Positions 17,836-30,919 of a DNA stretch of 64,000 bases are shown piece after piece. Every line of letters starts with the position of its first letter. The stretch's first letter is position 1. The notes under the pieces are model-generated. The model saw nothing but the letters and a program-made list of their open reading frames with translations, was not told where the DNA came from and did no database searches. A program made the position numbers and the translations under genes. The stretch is taken from the NCBI GenBank assembly GCA_964403885.1, contig CAYOHY010000001.1:4209-68208 (forward strand), given 5' to 3'. Source of the stretch: an uncultured Eubacteriales bacterium. Its GTDB lineage: Bacteria; Actinomycetota; Coriobacteriia; Anaerosomatales; PHET01.

Positions 17836-18963
17836 ATGCGTCACCAGGGCATCGCCAAGCTGGATAAGCGCACCAAAGACCTCGTGAAGCGTCTCGGTTC
17901 CGAAGATGTGGCCGTCATCGACCACATCGATATGGACCGGGTCAGCGCCGAGGCGCTGCTCGCTACCGGGGTCGAGGTCGTCGTGAACGCGGCGCCGTCG
18001 ATATCGGGGGCCTATCCCAACGTCGGGCCGCTGTTGCTCACGCGTGGGGGAGTGACCCTGGTCGACCAGGTCGGCCCCGAGATCTTCGACTGCATCAAAG
18101 AGGGCGAGTCGATAGAGGTCGTAGGCGACGAGATCCTTCGCAACGGTGTCGTGTGCGCCCGCGGAACTCGTCTGTCGGTCAAGTCGGTCGAGGACAAGAT
18201 GGAGGCTGCGAAGGCGGGCCTCGGCGAGCAGCTCGACAGGTTCGCCCGCAACACCATCGAGTACCTTGAGCGCGAGCGTGCGATCCTCACCGACGAGACC
18301 TGGGTGCCATCCGTCACGACCGATATCCACGGACGTCACGTGCTGGTGGTGGTGCGGGGCTACGACTTCAAAGACGACCTCGTCGCCCTCACTCCCTACA
18401 TCCGTGAGTTCCGCCCGGTTCTCGTAGGTGTCGACGGCGGCGCTGACGCGATCATGGAGGTGGGCTTCAAGCCCGACATCATCGTGGGCGACATGGACTC
18501 GGTGACCGACGAGGCGCTCAAGAGCGGTGCGGAGCTGATCGTTCATGCGTACGCCGATGGTCGCGCGCCCGGCATGGAGCGGCTCGAGCAGTTGGGTGTC
18601 GCGCAGGGCGCACACACTTGGCCGCTCACCGCAACGAGCGAGGACCTCGCGCTTCTGCTGGCGTGGGAGTCCGGGGCGGACCTCATCGTGGCCTTGGGCA
18701 CGCACGCAAACCTGGTCGAGTACCTCGACAAGGGCCGCAAGGGTATGGCGTCCACGTTCCTGGTTCGCCTCAAGGTCGGCCCCAAGCTCGTCGACGCCAA
18801 AGGCGTGAACAAGCTCTACCGCGCAACCGTGGGCCCGTCCCATCTGATGATGCTCGTCGGCGCTGCCCTTGCGGTCGTGACCGCGGTGCTCCTCATCTCT
18901 CCGATGGTTCGCGAGTTCCTCGAGCTCATCATTCTCAGCGTCCGCGCTTCACTGGGCTTCTAG
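17836..18963 (+). CDS. steA: Putative cytokinetic ring protein SteA (Rv1697-like)
   Basis: ~375 aa cytoplasmic protein with a C-terminal TM. Conserved position after recN as in actinobacteria. GGGAG RBS. Confidence 0.6.
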   Translation: MRHQGIAKLDKRTKDLVKRLGSEDVAVIDHIDMDRVSAEALLATGVEVVVNAAPSISGAYPNVGPLLLTRGGVTLVDQVGPEIFDCIKEGESIEVVGDEILRNGVVCARGTRLSVKSVEDKMEAAKAGLGEQLDRFARNTIEYLERERAILTDETWVPSVTTDIHGRHVLVVVRGYDFKDDLVALTPYIREFRPVLVGVDGGADAIMEVGFKPDIIVGDMDSVTDEALKSGAELIVHAYADGRAPGMERLEQLGVAQGAHTWPLTATSEDLALLLAWESGADLIVALGTHANLVEYLDKGRKGMASTFLVRLKVGPKLVDAKGVNKLYRATVGPSHLMMLVGAALAVVTAVLLISPMVREFLELIILSVRASLGF

Positions 18964-18979
18964 CCCGAAGGGAATCGGT

Positions 18980-19825
18980 ATGTACAACCTCCGCTACCAC
19001 ATCGCCTCGCTCGTCGCAGTGTTCCTCGCGCTTGCGCTGGGTCTCATCCTCGGTGGTCTTGTCGTGCAGCGAGGCACCGTCGATCGTCAGCAAGGCGCTC
19101 TTGTCGAGGGGCTGCGCAAGGAGTTCAAGGACCTGAGGACGGAGAACGACGACCTGTCCGCGAGCAACGAGCTGCTGTCGGCTCACTCGGCCGCGATGAC
19201 CGAGGCCTGGTCGGCGGATCGTCTCGTGGGCAAGACCATCGTGGTGCTGACGGGCTCAGGGCGCAACGACGGGCTTGGTGCGGCACAAGACGCGATCAAG
19301 TCCGCCGGCGGAGCGGTGGTCACGGTGACCATGTTGAAGTCCGACCTCGGCCTCGACGATGAGGGACTGCGCTCGTTGGTCGCGTCAGGTGATGCGAAGA
19401 CCACAGAGCTCGTGTCGAGTGTCGCCGCCTCGCTCGCGGCCGAGTGGAGCGCACCGGCTCAGCAGCGTCCGGTCACCGATGCGCTGGTCGAGGCAGGCGC
19501 CATCAGCGTGAAGGGTCTCGACCCGGGCGTGGCGGTAGCGGGTCTCGTGGACATCGCGTCGATCGGCACGAGTGCGGATCCCGTGGCCCTCGCGATCGCT
19601 TCGGCGATGTCGGCCAACGATGTCGTGGCGATGGGCGCACAGACGCTGTCACGCGACACCGGCGTGGCCGCTTCGGCAGATGAACGTGGCCTCGCCGCGT
19701 TCGACACGCTGGGAAGCCCGGTGGGGGACTATACGCTGGTCGCGCTGCTCACGGGCGCGAAGTCGGGCTACTACGGCGTCGGCGACGGCGTCGAGGCACC
19801 GTTTCCCGCAGTGCCCGAGAAGTAG
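18980..19825 (+). CDS. MctB/SteB-like membrane protein (copper transporter MctB family)
   Basis: N-terminal TM, coiled coil, Ala-rich extracytoplasmic domain. Syntenic with Rv1698 downstream of steA. Confidence 0.55.
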   Translation: MYNLRYHIASLVAVFLALALGLILGGLVVQRGTVDRQQGALVEGLRKEFKDLRTENDDLSASNELLSAHSAAMTEAWSADRLVGKTIVVLTGSGRNDGLGAAQDAIKSAGGAVVTVTMLKSDLGLDDEGLRSLVASGDAKTTELVSSVAASLAAEWSAPAQQRPVTDALVEAGAISVKGLDPGVAVAGLVDIASIGTSADPVALAIASAMSANDVVAMGAQTLSRDTGVAASADERGLAAFDTLGSPVGDYTLVALLTGAKSGYYGVGDGVEAPFPAVPEK

Positions 19826-20503
19826 CTAGCGGCGTTCGAACGCGAGCGCGATCACGGCGAGCGCGACGTGGACGAACTGTCGTCCGCGGTGCACGAACCC
19901 CTTGAGGTCACGCCCGGTGGCGGCGTGTGTCATCGTGGTGGGTACCTCGACGATGCGCAGTCCCTTGCGAAGGGCCCTCACCGACAAGGCGACCTCCACG
20001 CCGTAGCCGGTAGCGAACGGGCGCACGACCTCCAGGCACTCGCGTGTCAGCGCACGCTGCCCGGAGAGGGGGGCGTCGGCGACGAAGCCTGAGCCCATCG
20101 TGCGGATCGCCCAGCGCGCGAGCCCCTTCACCAGGCCGAAGCCCGCCTTGCCCGCAGGGCGCGGGAATCCGGCCACCGACATGTCGGCCTCGCCGGCGAG
20201 CACCGGGGCGAGCAGGAGCGCTCCCTGATCGGCGGTGTCGGCTAGGTCGGCGTCGAGCAGGAGCACGATATCGGCGTTCTCCACGCGCATCGCTCCGGCC
20301 TCCAGGGCCGCACCCTTGCCCACGTTGCTCCAGAGACGGACGACCTTGGCGCCAGCCTCCTCGGCGATCTGGGCGGTGTCGTCTTCAGAGGCGTCGTCAA
20401 CGACCACGACGCGCGTCACGCCTTGGATGGCGCGGGCCGCTCGGACGGTGGCGTCGATGCGCTCTGCCTCATCGTGGGCGGGGATCAGTACGGCGATATC
20501 CAC
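19826..20503 (-). CDS. Family 2 glycosyltransferase (polyprenyl-phosphate sugar synthase / DPM1-like), 225 aa
   Basis: DIAVLIPAHDEAERI… VVVVDDASEDDT… GKGAALEAG are GT-A/GT2 motifs. GTG start overlaps the murJ stop (TAGTG). The remainder of the 600-aa ORF-track ORF is an artefact. Confidence 0.8.
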   Translation of the reverse strand: MDIAVLIPAHDEAERIDATVRAARAIQGVTRVVVVDDASEDDTAQIAEEAGAKVVRLWSNVGKGAALEAGAMRVENADIVLLLDADLADTADQGALLLAPVLAGEADMSVAGFPRPAGKAGFGLVKGLARWAIRTMGSGFVADAPLSGQRALTRECLEVVRPFATGYGVEVALSVRALRKGLRIVEVPTTMTHAATGRDLKGFVHRGRQFVHVALAVIALAFERR

Positions 20504-22080
20504 TAAGAGTCCTTCCGGATGCGTCGAGTCAGGCGTCCGAAGACGCGTCCCACGAGTGCGGTCGCGATGCCGATCTCCTCGACGCGCAGGAGTCGGCCGG
20601 CTCCAAAGGCGATGACGAGACCCACGATCCCGCCTACGGTCACCTGTACGAGCGCAGGACCGAATCCCGGTACCGACGGTGCGAGTAGCCCGGCGACTGC
20701 CCAGGCGGCGGCTCCGCCCACGACACTCGCGAAGGACATGCGCACGAAGGTCGATGCGACCCCCGCGACATCGTAGCCGCCGATGCGCGATCGCAGCAGT
20801 GTCGCCAGGGCGACGAAAAGCAGAAGGTAGAAGATTCCGTCGGCGACCGGAATACCGTTGACGCCGAGTCCTGCCCATCCCGCGATGCCCGTGGACAAGA
20901 TGACGTAGCCGCCTATCTGGATGGGCGTGAGCACGAGGTTCGCAAGCATCGGCGTGCGGGTGTCCTTGAGCGAGTAGAAGGTGCGCAGCACGAACATCAT
21001 CGAGGCGAAGAAGATCAGGCCCAGTGCCCACAGCCTGAGAGCCGAGGCGACGTCGGGGACGTCGGATGCCTTGAAGGCGCCCACGCGATAGAGCGACACC
21101 AGCGGCTCGGCGAGCGCGAACAGCAACGCGGCAGCCGGCATCATGAGCGCGATGGTGGCGCGCAGGCCACGGCTGAAGTGGGTACGCAGCGAGGCCATGT
21201 CCTTCTTGCCGGCCGCGTCCGAGAGCTCGGTGAACACCGCGGTCGCGAGGGCCACGGCCAAGATGCCATAGGGCAGCTGGTAGAACGTCCACGCGAACAT
21301 CAGGATGGCGGGACCGTTGCTGGCCGCGGCGAGCGCCGACGCGTTGCGAAACGACACCGCAACGAGGTTCGTCACCACATAGATCACTGCAGGTACGGCG
21401 AGCTTGAGCATCCGGCGCACCGCCGGGTCGTGGAGCCCGAGCTCGCGGTAGTAGCGGATGCCGCCTTGCATGAGCGAGGGGATCATGACGGCGAACATGG
21501 TGACGACGCCCATCGTCGTACCCACCGCGAGCAGGATCATCGCCGTGGGGCTCGTGGGCATCGCCGCGAACGCCAGCATGGTGGCGATCACGACGAGGTT
21601 GTTGAACACGGGACCGAGCGAGGTCCACAGGTACTTGCGCTGGGCGTTGAGCAGGCCCTGGATCACCATGCCGCCGCCGTAGACCACCACTTGGATCGCG
21701 AAGAAGCGGAAGAAGAACTCGGCGGCGGTGCGTACCTGCTCAGACGAGCCTTCGGGGAGCCGGAACGTCTGCGTCCAGATGAATGGTGCCGGGAACAAGG
21801 TGCCCACCACCGCGACCACGCCCAAGATGAGCACGAACAGGTTGAAGACGTGGCTCGCGAACCGCCAGGCGTCCTCCTCGGTCCGCTCGGCGGTGATCTC
21901 CATGAACGTCGGGATGAACAGTGACGACAGGATGCCCCCCGCCACGAGCTCGAAGACCATGTTGGGGATGTTGTTCGCGATGCTGTACGACGACATGAGG
22001 CCGCTCGCGCCCAGTGCGAGCGCGGTCGCCCACATGCGCACGAAGCCCGTGACGCGCGACAGCGTGGTAGCGGTCGACAT
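20503..22080 (-). CDS. murJ: Lipid II flippase MurJ (MOP superfamily)
   Basis: LSRVTGFVR… and SYSIANNIP… are MurJ/MviN signatures. 525 aa, 14 predicted TM. Confidence 0.85.
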   Translation of the reverse strand: MSTATTLSRVTGFVRMWATALALGASGLMSSYSIANNIPNMVFELVAGGILSSLFIPTFMEITAERTEEDAWRFASHVFNLFVLILGVVAVVGTLFPAPFIWTQTFRLPEGSSEQVRTAAEFFFRFFAIQVVVYGGGMVIQGLLNAQRKYLWTSLGPVFNNLVVIATMLAFAAMPTSPTAMILLAVGTTMGVVTMFAVMIPSLMQGGIRYYRELGLHDPAVRRMLKLAVPAVIYVVTNLVAVSFRNASALAAASNGPAILMFAWTFYQLPYGILAVALATAVFTELSDAAGKKDMASLRTHFSRGLRATIALMMPAAALLFALAEPLVSLYRVGAFKASDVPDVASALRLWALGLIFFASMMFVLRTFYSLKDTRTPMLANLVLTPIQIGGYVILSTGIAGWAGLGVNGIPVADGIFYLLLFVALATLLRSRIGGYDVAGVASTFVRMSFASVVGGAAAWAVAGLLAPSVPGFGPALVQVTVGGIVGLVIAFGAGRLLRVEEIGIATALVGRVFGRLTRRIRKDS

Positions 22081-22220
22081 CAGGGCGGTCGAGCGGGCGA
22101 TGGACGGCTTGCTGATGGGAGGTCCCCTCGGCGTCGGAAACAGGTGGCCGCACGATACAGGCGCGGTGAAGTGGCACCAGTGTACCCGAGCAGGGTGCGC
22201 GGCTTCTCGGGTGGGCGAGT

Positions 22221-22242
22221 GCCGTCACCGCGCCGTCACCGC
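22221..22242 (+). repeat. Perfect 11-bp tandem direct repeat GCCGTCACCGC x2 in the murJ / membrane-protein divergent intergenic region
   Basis: Seen directly in the sequence, 34 nt upstream of the predicted start at 22276. Confidence 0.5.
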
Positions 22243-22275
22243 CGCGCTACGGTGCTTCGGCTATCATGGGAGCGC

Positions 22276-24590
22276 ATGAGACGAATCCTTTCCACACTCG
22301 CGCTTGTCGCCGCTCTGGCAGCGGCCGTGCTGCCGACCCCCGTCGCCTACGCCCAGCCGCAGACGCGGCGCGTGGTGATCGTGCTGGCTCCGTACCTGAC
22401 CTGGGATGACGTGACCCCTACGTCCACGCCCACGATCTGGCGACTCGCCCAGACCGGCGCGATCGGCGACATCAACGCTCGCAGCCGGACGCGTGAGCCG
22501 GGTGAGCCGCAGTCGCCGCTCGAGGGCGCATTGACCATCTCGGCGGGCTCATGGGCCGTTCCGTCGTTCAACGCTCAGGCCGCCTACGAGGTGACCGAGC
22601 GCTACGAGGTGGGTACCGCTGCCGAGGCGTTCCGGCGCACCACCGGCGATCAGGTGGGTGCGAACAGGATCGTGTTCCTGGGCATGCCGATGACGCAGCG
22701 GCTCAACAACGAGCGCTCGTTCGAGGTGGCGCTGGGCACCCTGGGCTCGGTGGTCGAGAGTGCGAGCGGTCAGACCGCGGCCATCGGCAACGCCGACGTG
22801 GGGTACTCGACCGGCGAGCAGCGCAAGGTACGCCCGGCCGCGCTCGCAGCGATGAACTCCGACGGACTGGTCGCGCTCGGCGACGTGTCGACGCGACTGC
22901 TTCGCGCCGAGCCCAACGCACCCTTTGGCATCGAGACCGACCTCACGTTCTTCGAGCGTATGGTGAGAAACGTCGACAAGGAGACTGCGACCACCGGCAA
23001 GCCGGCGTTCGTGGTGCTCGACGCGGGAGACGCTTACCGCGCCACGAAGTTCGAGCCGCAGGTGACGACAGAGATCGCGCGTGAGCAGCGCCTTCACGCG
23101 CTCACCACCCTTGACGAGGTCGTGCGCATGGCGTCGGAGCACTTCGACGACGGCGTGGTCATGGTCGTGTCGCAGTCCACCGGCGACGAGGTCGCAGGTC
23201 GCCCCGAGGGCTTCGGCCCGATCGTCGTCTCCGGCAGGGGTTGGAAGGGCTACGTCACCTCGAACTCCACACAGCGCGAGGGGCTCGTCACCAACCTCGA
23301 CGTGACCGCGACGGTCATCGAGGCGTTGGGTCTGGAGCGCCCGGTGCAGGTGCTCGGCAATCCGATCGAAGTCGTGCCCGCGTCCGCGCCGCTCGAGTCC
23401 CGCATCGTCAGGCTTCAGGAGATGAATCGCACCGCCATCGCCGTCGACGCGGCCAAGCCGGGCGTGGTCAACACCTTCGTCGTCTTCACCGTCATCGCGC
23501 TGCTGTTGGGCGCCGTGGTTCTCGTGCGAGCGAAGCATTGGTCGGCCCGCGTGGTGAAGTGGTGGACCGTGGGGCTGCGGGTCGCGTTGCTCGCCGTGAT
23601 GACCGTGCCGCTGTCCAGCTGGCTCATGTTCTCGTGGGCGCGCTGGCCGTCGACATCGGTCGAAGCGGTATCTGCGCTGCTGCTGACCGCGCTTGGCGTG
23701 TTCGCCCTTGCGCTGGTGTTGTTCTGGAAGGCACCGCTGCGGGTACCGGTGGCCGCCCTGTCGCTGCTGACGTCACTCGTCATCCTCGTCGACCAGTGGC
23801 TGGGTGCGCCCGCGTCGTTCACCAACTCCTTCGGCTACTCGCCGTTGCTCGCAGCCCGTTTCTACGGCATCGGCAACGAGGCGGCTGCCATGCTCTTCGG
23901 ATCGTCGATCGTGGGCGTCGCGCTGCTGTTCGACCAGTGGCCCGACGCTCCCGCGGTGAAGTGGGGCAAACGAATCGGCCTGCCCATACTCGGCATCATC
24001 GTGATCGGCACGGCGGCCGCCCCCATGTTCGGCGCCAACATCGGTGTCGCTGTATGGGGCGTCATCGGCTTCGGGCTCGCCTGGGTGCTCATGAACGGGC
24101 ATCACGTGTCGGTGCGCACCGTCTTGTGGCTGATGGTCGCGGTGGTCGGCGTGATTGCGGCTTTCGCGGCGATCGACATGTTCGGCGGCGGACCCCAGAC
24201 CCACCTGGGTCGTGCGATCTCGTCAGCCGAGCAAGGTGGGCTCATCGAGCTGTGGAACATCGTCGCGCGCAAGGCCGAGACGAACATGCGCGTGCTGACG
24301 CACACCAACTGGGCCTACATCCTGATCGCGACACTCGCGTTCCTGGGCTTCATGCGGTGGCGCCCGCAAGGCGACTTCGCCGAGACGCTGCACGAGAACC
24401 CGGACTTCGCCGACGCCATTACCGTCTCGCTCGTCGCGGGACTCGTCGCCTACTTCAGCGAGGACTCGGGCATCGTCATCCCCGCGCTCGAGGTGTTCTA
24501 CGTGGGTGTCGCGATCGTGTGGCTCATGTTGTCGCGCCTCGTGAGTCCCGAGAGCAGCGGATCGCACGAGACTACCGGGGGCGATGAGCG

Positions 24591-24594
<4 letters not shown>
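22276..24594 (+). CDS. Large membrane protein: signal peptide + ~420-aa exported domain (possible alkaline-phosphatase-superfamily fold) + C-terminal polytopic (≥10 TM) domain
   Basis: Start at the internal ATG (MRRILSTLALVAALAAAVLPTPVAYAQP is a signal peptide). Exported domain carries VVIVLAPYLTWDDV. Hydrophobic helices run from residue ~440 to the end. Confidence 0.6.
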
Positions 24595-27271
<2,677 letters not shown>

Positions 27272-27273
27272 AC

Positions 27274-28401
27274 ATGAACTCCGAGGACAAGGTCCGCGAC
27301 GCGCGACTGCTCGCGACGTTCCTCGATCTCGTGCGCATCGACAGTCCCTCCGGTGCCGAGGCCGCGTGTGCCGAGTACTGCGCGCGCGTCCTCACCGAGG
27401 CGGGCTGCTCGGTGCGCTTCGATGACAGCGCGTCTGTCACCGGCTCCGACACCGGCAACCTGATCGCGGAGCTGCCGGGTACCACCGAGGGCGTGCTCGT
27501 GCTCTCGGCCCACCTCGACGTGGTGCAGCCGTGCCATGGCGTGCAGCCCGAGGTGCGTGACGGTGTCGTGTTCGCCGCGGGCGACACGGTCTTGGGCGCC
27601 GACGACAAGGCCGGACTCGCCGCGGCGATCGAATGCGTTCGCCGACTCGTCGAGGACGGCGGGTCGTACCCCACCGTGCGGTGCGTCTTCACCGTGCAAG
27701 AAGAGGTGGGCCTCGTGGGGGCCAAGGCGCTTGAGCCCGGTGCGGCGCTCGGTGACCTGTGTCTCGTGCTCGACGCCGCCGGCAGGCCGGGCGGCATCGT
27801 GATCGGTGCCCCTACCCACTACGTGTTCCACGCCCGGTTCACGGGTCGTGCGGCGCACGCAGGGGTTCAGCCTGAGGCGGGGATCTCGGCTATCGCCATG
27901 GCGGCTCGCGCGATCGCGGAGCTGCCCATCGGTCGACTCGACGAGATCACCACCGCGAACGTGGGGTCGGTCAACGGAGGCACCGCCACCAACGTCATCG
28001 CGGCCACGGTGGACGTCACCGGCGAGTGCCGCTCGCTCGACCGTGCACGGGTCGAGGCCTTGCGCGAGGGCATGGACAAGACGATGCGCGAGGCCGCTGC
28101 GGCGGCGGGCGGAACCGTTGAGATCGAGTGGGACCTGCAGTACGAGAGCTTCGGCTTCGACGAGCACGATCCGCTCGTGACCCTCGTGGCATCCGCGTGC
28201 TCAGACGTCGGGCTCGCGTCGTCTACCTTCACCACGGGTGGCGGCAGCGACGCGAACGTCCTCGCGGCCCAGGGCGTGCCCACGCTTGCGCTGTCCTGCG
28301 GCATGGAGGGCGTGCACGGCATGACCGAGCAGATCGAGGTCGCCGACCTCGAGTCGCTCACCGCGCTGTGCGTCGCCGTGGCGCGCCGCCTGTCTGCCTA
28401 G
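27274..28401 (+). CDS. M20-family metallopeptidase (peptidase T / ArgE-DapE-like)
   Basis: 375 aa. HLDVV… DDKAG… EEVG metal-binding motif pattern of M20 peptidases. Starts 2 nt after the pyrG stop. Confidence 0.65.
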   Translation: MNSEDKVRDARLLATFLDLVRIDSPSGAEAACAEYCARVLTEAGCSVRFDDSASVTGSDTGNLIAELPGTTEGVLVLSAHLDVVQPCHGVQPEVRDGVVFAAGDTVLGADDKAGLAAAIECVRRLVEDGGSYPTVRCVFTVQEEVGLVGAKALEPGAALGDLCLVLDAAGRPGGIVIGAPTHYVFHARFTGRAAHAGVQPEAGISAIAMAARAIAELPIGRLDEITTANVGSVNGGTATNVIAATVDVTGECRSLDRARVEALREGMDKTMREAAAAAGGTVEIEWDLQYESFGFDEHDPLVTLVASACSDVGLASSTFTTGGGSDANVLAAQGVPTLALSCGMEGVHGMTEQIEVADLESLTALCVAVARRLSA

Positions 28402-28411
28402 GAGAATCCCT

Positions 28412-29503
28412 ATGCGTCTCGTCTGGGGCACGGTCCGTGCCGTCACCGGCATCGCCGACGGCATCCAACAGCTGGCCGTCGACCTCGACGATGGGTCGTC
28501 GGGCTCGGCGGTGAACTACCTGCGACTTGCGGGGGAGTGCGAGCTCGAGGAACGGGTGCTTCTCAACACCACCGCGGTCCAGCTGTCGCTGGGGACGGGC
28601 GGAAAGCACTTCGTGGTCGCACGCGCGGGTGACGCTGGCGGCGTCGTGCTCGACGATTCGTCCGGCGGTCACGTCATGAAGCTTCGCTACACGCCGCTCC
28701 AGCTCGACGTGTTGGCCGTCGAGTCGCAGGAGTCACCCCACCACGAGGTGATGCGTGAGGCCGTCTCGCTCGACGGCATGCCGGTCGTGTGCTGCGGGCT
28801 GCACAGCCAGGTGCCGCTCGTGGCGGCGGCGATCAAGCAGGCCGACCCCGACCTGCGGGTCGCCTACTGCATGACCGACGACGCCGCGCTCGCCCTGCCG
28901 CTGTCCGACGTGGTCCGCGCCAGTGTTGCAGCGGGGCTTGTCGACACCACCGTCACCTGCGGCCAGGCGTTCGGCGGCGCGATCGAGGCGGTCAACCTGC
29001 ACTCGGGCCTGCTTGCAGCCAAGCATGTCGGTGGGGCCCACGTCGCGATCGTCGCGATCGGACCCGGCGTGGTGGGAACTGCGACCGCGTTCGGTCACGG
29101 TGGCATCTGCCAGGGCGAGGCGATCAACGCCGTCTCGGTGCTTCAGGGAACACCCGTCGCCTGCCTGCGGATATCGTTCGCCGATGAGCGGTCGAGGCAC
29201 CGTGGCGTCAGCCATCACTCGGTCGCCGCGCTCGCCAGAATCGCGCTTGCGCCCGCCAAGGTGTCTATTCCGTGCCTTCCAAGGGAATTTTCCGATGCAA
29301 TAGACGAGGCCCTCGAAACCGGGGGTGTGTGGCGCCTCCACGAGCGCGTTGAGTCCTCGGCGGGACGCACTCCGCCGCCCTCTTTGCGCGGCGTGGAGGT
29401 CAAGAGCATGGGTCGCGGTTTCGCCGAGGACCCTGCATTCTTCGCCTCGGCGTTCGCTGCGGGGGAGATTGCATCGCGAATAGCCCTCGGCGTGCTTGAT
29501 TAG
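28412..29503 (+). CDS. Conserved hypothetical protein (possibly DUF3866-like), 363 aa
   Basis: Coding-like codon usage and an AGGAGA RBS. No recognisable catalytic motif. Gly-rich segments (HVAIVAIGPGVVGTATAFGHGG). Confidence 0.5.
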   Translation: MRLVWGTVRAVTGIADGIQQLAVDLDDGSSGSAVNYLRLAGECELEERVLLNTTAVQLSLGTGGKHFVVARAGDAGGVVLDDSSGGHVMKLRYTPLQLDVLAVESQESPHHEVMREAVSLDGMPVVCCGLHSQVPLVAAAIKQADPDLRVAYCMTDDAALALPLSDVVRASVAAGLVDTTVTCGQAFGGAIEAVNLHSGLLAAKHVGGAHVAIVAIGPGVVGTATAFGHGGICQGEAINAVSVLQGTPVACLRISFADERSRHRGVSHHSVAALARIALAPAKVSIPCLPREFSDAIDEALETGGVWRLHERVESSAGRTPPPSLRGVEVKSMGRGFAEDPAFFASAFAAGEIASRIALGVLD

Positions 29504-29548
29504 CCCGAAAAGTATGCAATACAACTTCCAGACCATGCAGTTTGGGCG

Positions 29549-29576
29549 TTGCACTCCGCCGCCCCCGCGCTACACT
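29549..29576 (+). promoter_or_regulatory. Putative sigma-A-type promoter of ald (TTGCAC-16 bp-TACACT)
   Basis: Good -35/-10 hexamers with a 16-bp spacer, ~85 nt upstream of the ald GTG. Confidence 0.35.
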
Positions 29577-29662
29577 GTGTGAGGATTCATGCGGTTATTG
29601 GTGCAGTTGATGCATCGTCGGCCGTAGGACACGAGCAACCGAGCGAAGAAAGGGGTCCTCCC

Positions 29663-30778
29663 GTGATCGTCGGAGTCCCGAAGGAGATCAAGAACAACGA
29701 GTTCCGCGTGGGTATGACCCCGGCTGGCGTCAAGGAGTTCGTCGCCCACGGTCACACCGTCGTGGTCGAGAAGGCAGCGGGCGAGGGTTCGTCGTTCCCG
29801 GATGCCGAGTACATCGCCGCAGGCGCCGAGATGCTCGACACCGCCGATGAGGTCTTCGCCCGAGCGGACATGATCGTCAAGGTCAAGGAGCCGCAGGCCG
29901 TCGAGATCGCCCGCCTGCGCCCCGGCCAGATCCTCTACACCTACCTGCACCTCGCCCCCGACTACGAGCAGACCATGGGTCTGATCGCCTCGGGCGCCGT
30001 GTGCATCGCGTACGAGACCGTCGAGCTTCCCAACCGCTCGCTGCCGCTGCTCGCCCCGATGTCCGAGGTCGCTGGCCGCATGGCCTCGCAGGTGGGCGCC
30101 GCCTACCTCCAGAAGCCCAACGGTGGCCGCGGTGTCCTGATGGGCGGCGTGCCCGGCGTGCTTCCCGCCAAGGTCGTCGTCTTGGGTGGTGGCGTCGTGG
30201 GCACCAACGCGGCGTACGTCGCCAAGGGCATGGGTGCTGACGTCACGATCATGGACGTCAACCTCGACCGCCTCCGCTACCTCGACGAGGTGTGGGGCAA
30301 CAGCGTGCGCACCCTCTACTCGTCCAAGCACAACATCGAGGAGATCGTCACCCAGGCCGACCTCATCATCGGTTCGGTCCTGCTCCCCGGCGCCAAGACC
30401 CCGTGGCTCGTCACCAAGGACATGCTCCCCACCATGAAGCCGGGCGCTGTCGTCGTCGACGTGTCGGTCGACCAGGGTGGCTGCATCGAGACCACCAAGG
30501 CCACCACGCACGCCGATCCCACCTACTTCGTCGACGGCGTGCTCCACTACGGCGTCGCCAACATGCCGGGTGCGGTGCCCAACACCTCGACGCTCGCGCT
30601 GACCAACGCCACCCTGCGCTATGGCCTCGCCATCGCCGACAAGGGCTGGAAGCAGGCCGTCGCCGACGACGCTTCGCTCGCCAAGGGCGTCAACGTGCTC
30701 GACGGCAAGGTCGTCTACAAGCCTGTCGCTGACGCGCACGGCCTGGACTACGTGGAGCTCGCCAGCATGCTCGCGTAG
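29663..30778 (+). CDS. ald: Alanine dehydrogenase
   Basis: [24 protein letters not shown]-terminus and the NAD-binding [12 protein letters not shown] motif. GTG start after a GAAAGGGG RBS. Confidence 0.9.
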   Translation: MIVGVPKEIKNNEFRVGMTPAGVKEFVAHGHTVVVEKAAGEGSSFPDAEYIAAGAEMLDTADEVFARADMIVKVKEPQAVEIARLRPGQILYTYLHLAPDYEQTMGLIASGAVCIAYETVELPNRSLPLLAPMSEVAGRMASQVGAAYLQKPNGGRGVLMGGVPGVLPAKVVVLGGGVVGTNAAYVAKGMGADVTIMDVNLDRLRYLDEVWGNSVRTLYSSKHNIEEIVTQADLIIGSVLLPGAKTPWLVTKDMLPTMKPGAVVVDVSVDQGGCIETTKATTHADPTYFVDGVLHYGVANMPGAVPNTSTLALTNATLRYGLAIADKGWKQAVADDASLAKGVNVLDGKVVYKPVADAHGLDYVELASMLA

Positions 30779-30801
30779 CCCTTTTGCACTTCGCTCTCAG
30801 G

Positions 30802-30840
30802 CGGCCGCCTCGGATACCTTCCGGGGCGGCCGTTCTCGTC
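30802..30840 (+). terminator. Intrinsic terminator after ald
   Basis: CGGCCGCC-tcggataccttcc-GGGGCGGCCG hairpin followed by TTCTCGTCTC. Confidence 0.55.
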
Positions 30841-30919
30841 TCACTGGGGAGTTGTGGAAGTCAGACCTGAGGCGTAGCGTGGATGGCACAAGAATGTCCG
30901 ACACTGAGGAGGGGGTACG

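Noticed and set aside
19826-21628. 600-aa minus-strand ORF treated as one gene.
   Set aside because: Only the C-terminal 225 aa (19826..20503) form a coherent GT2 protein. The upstream part is an out-of-frame read-through across murJ (20503..22080, same strand, different frame).
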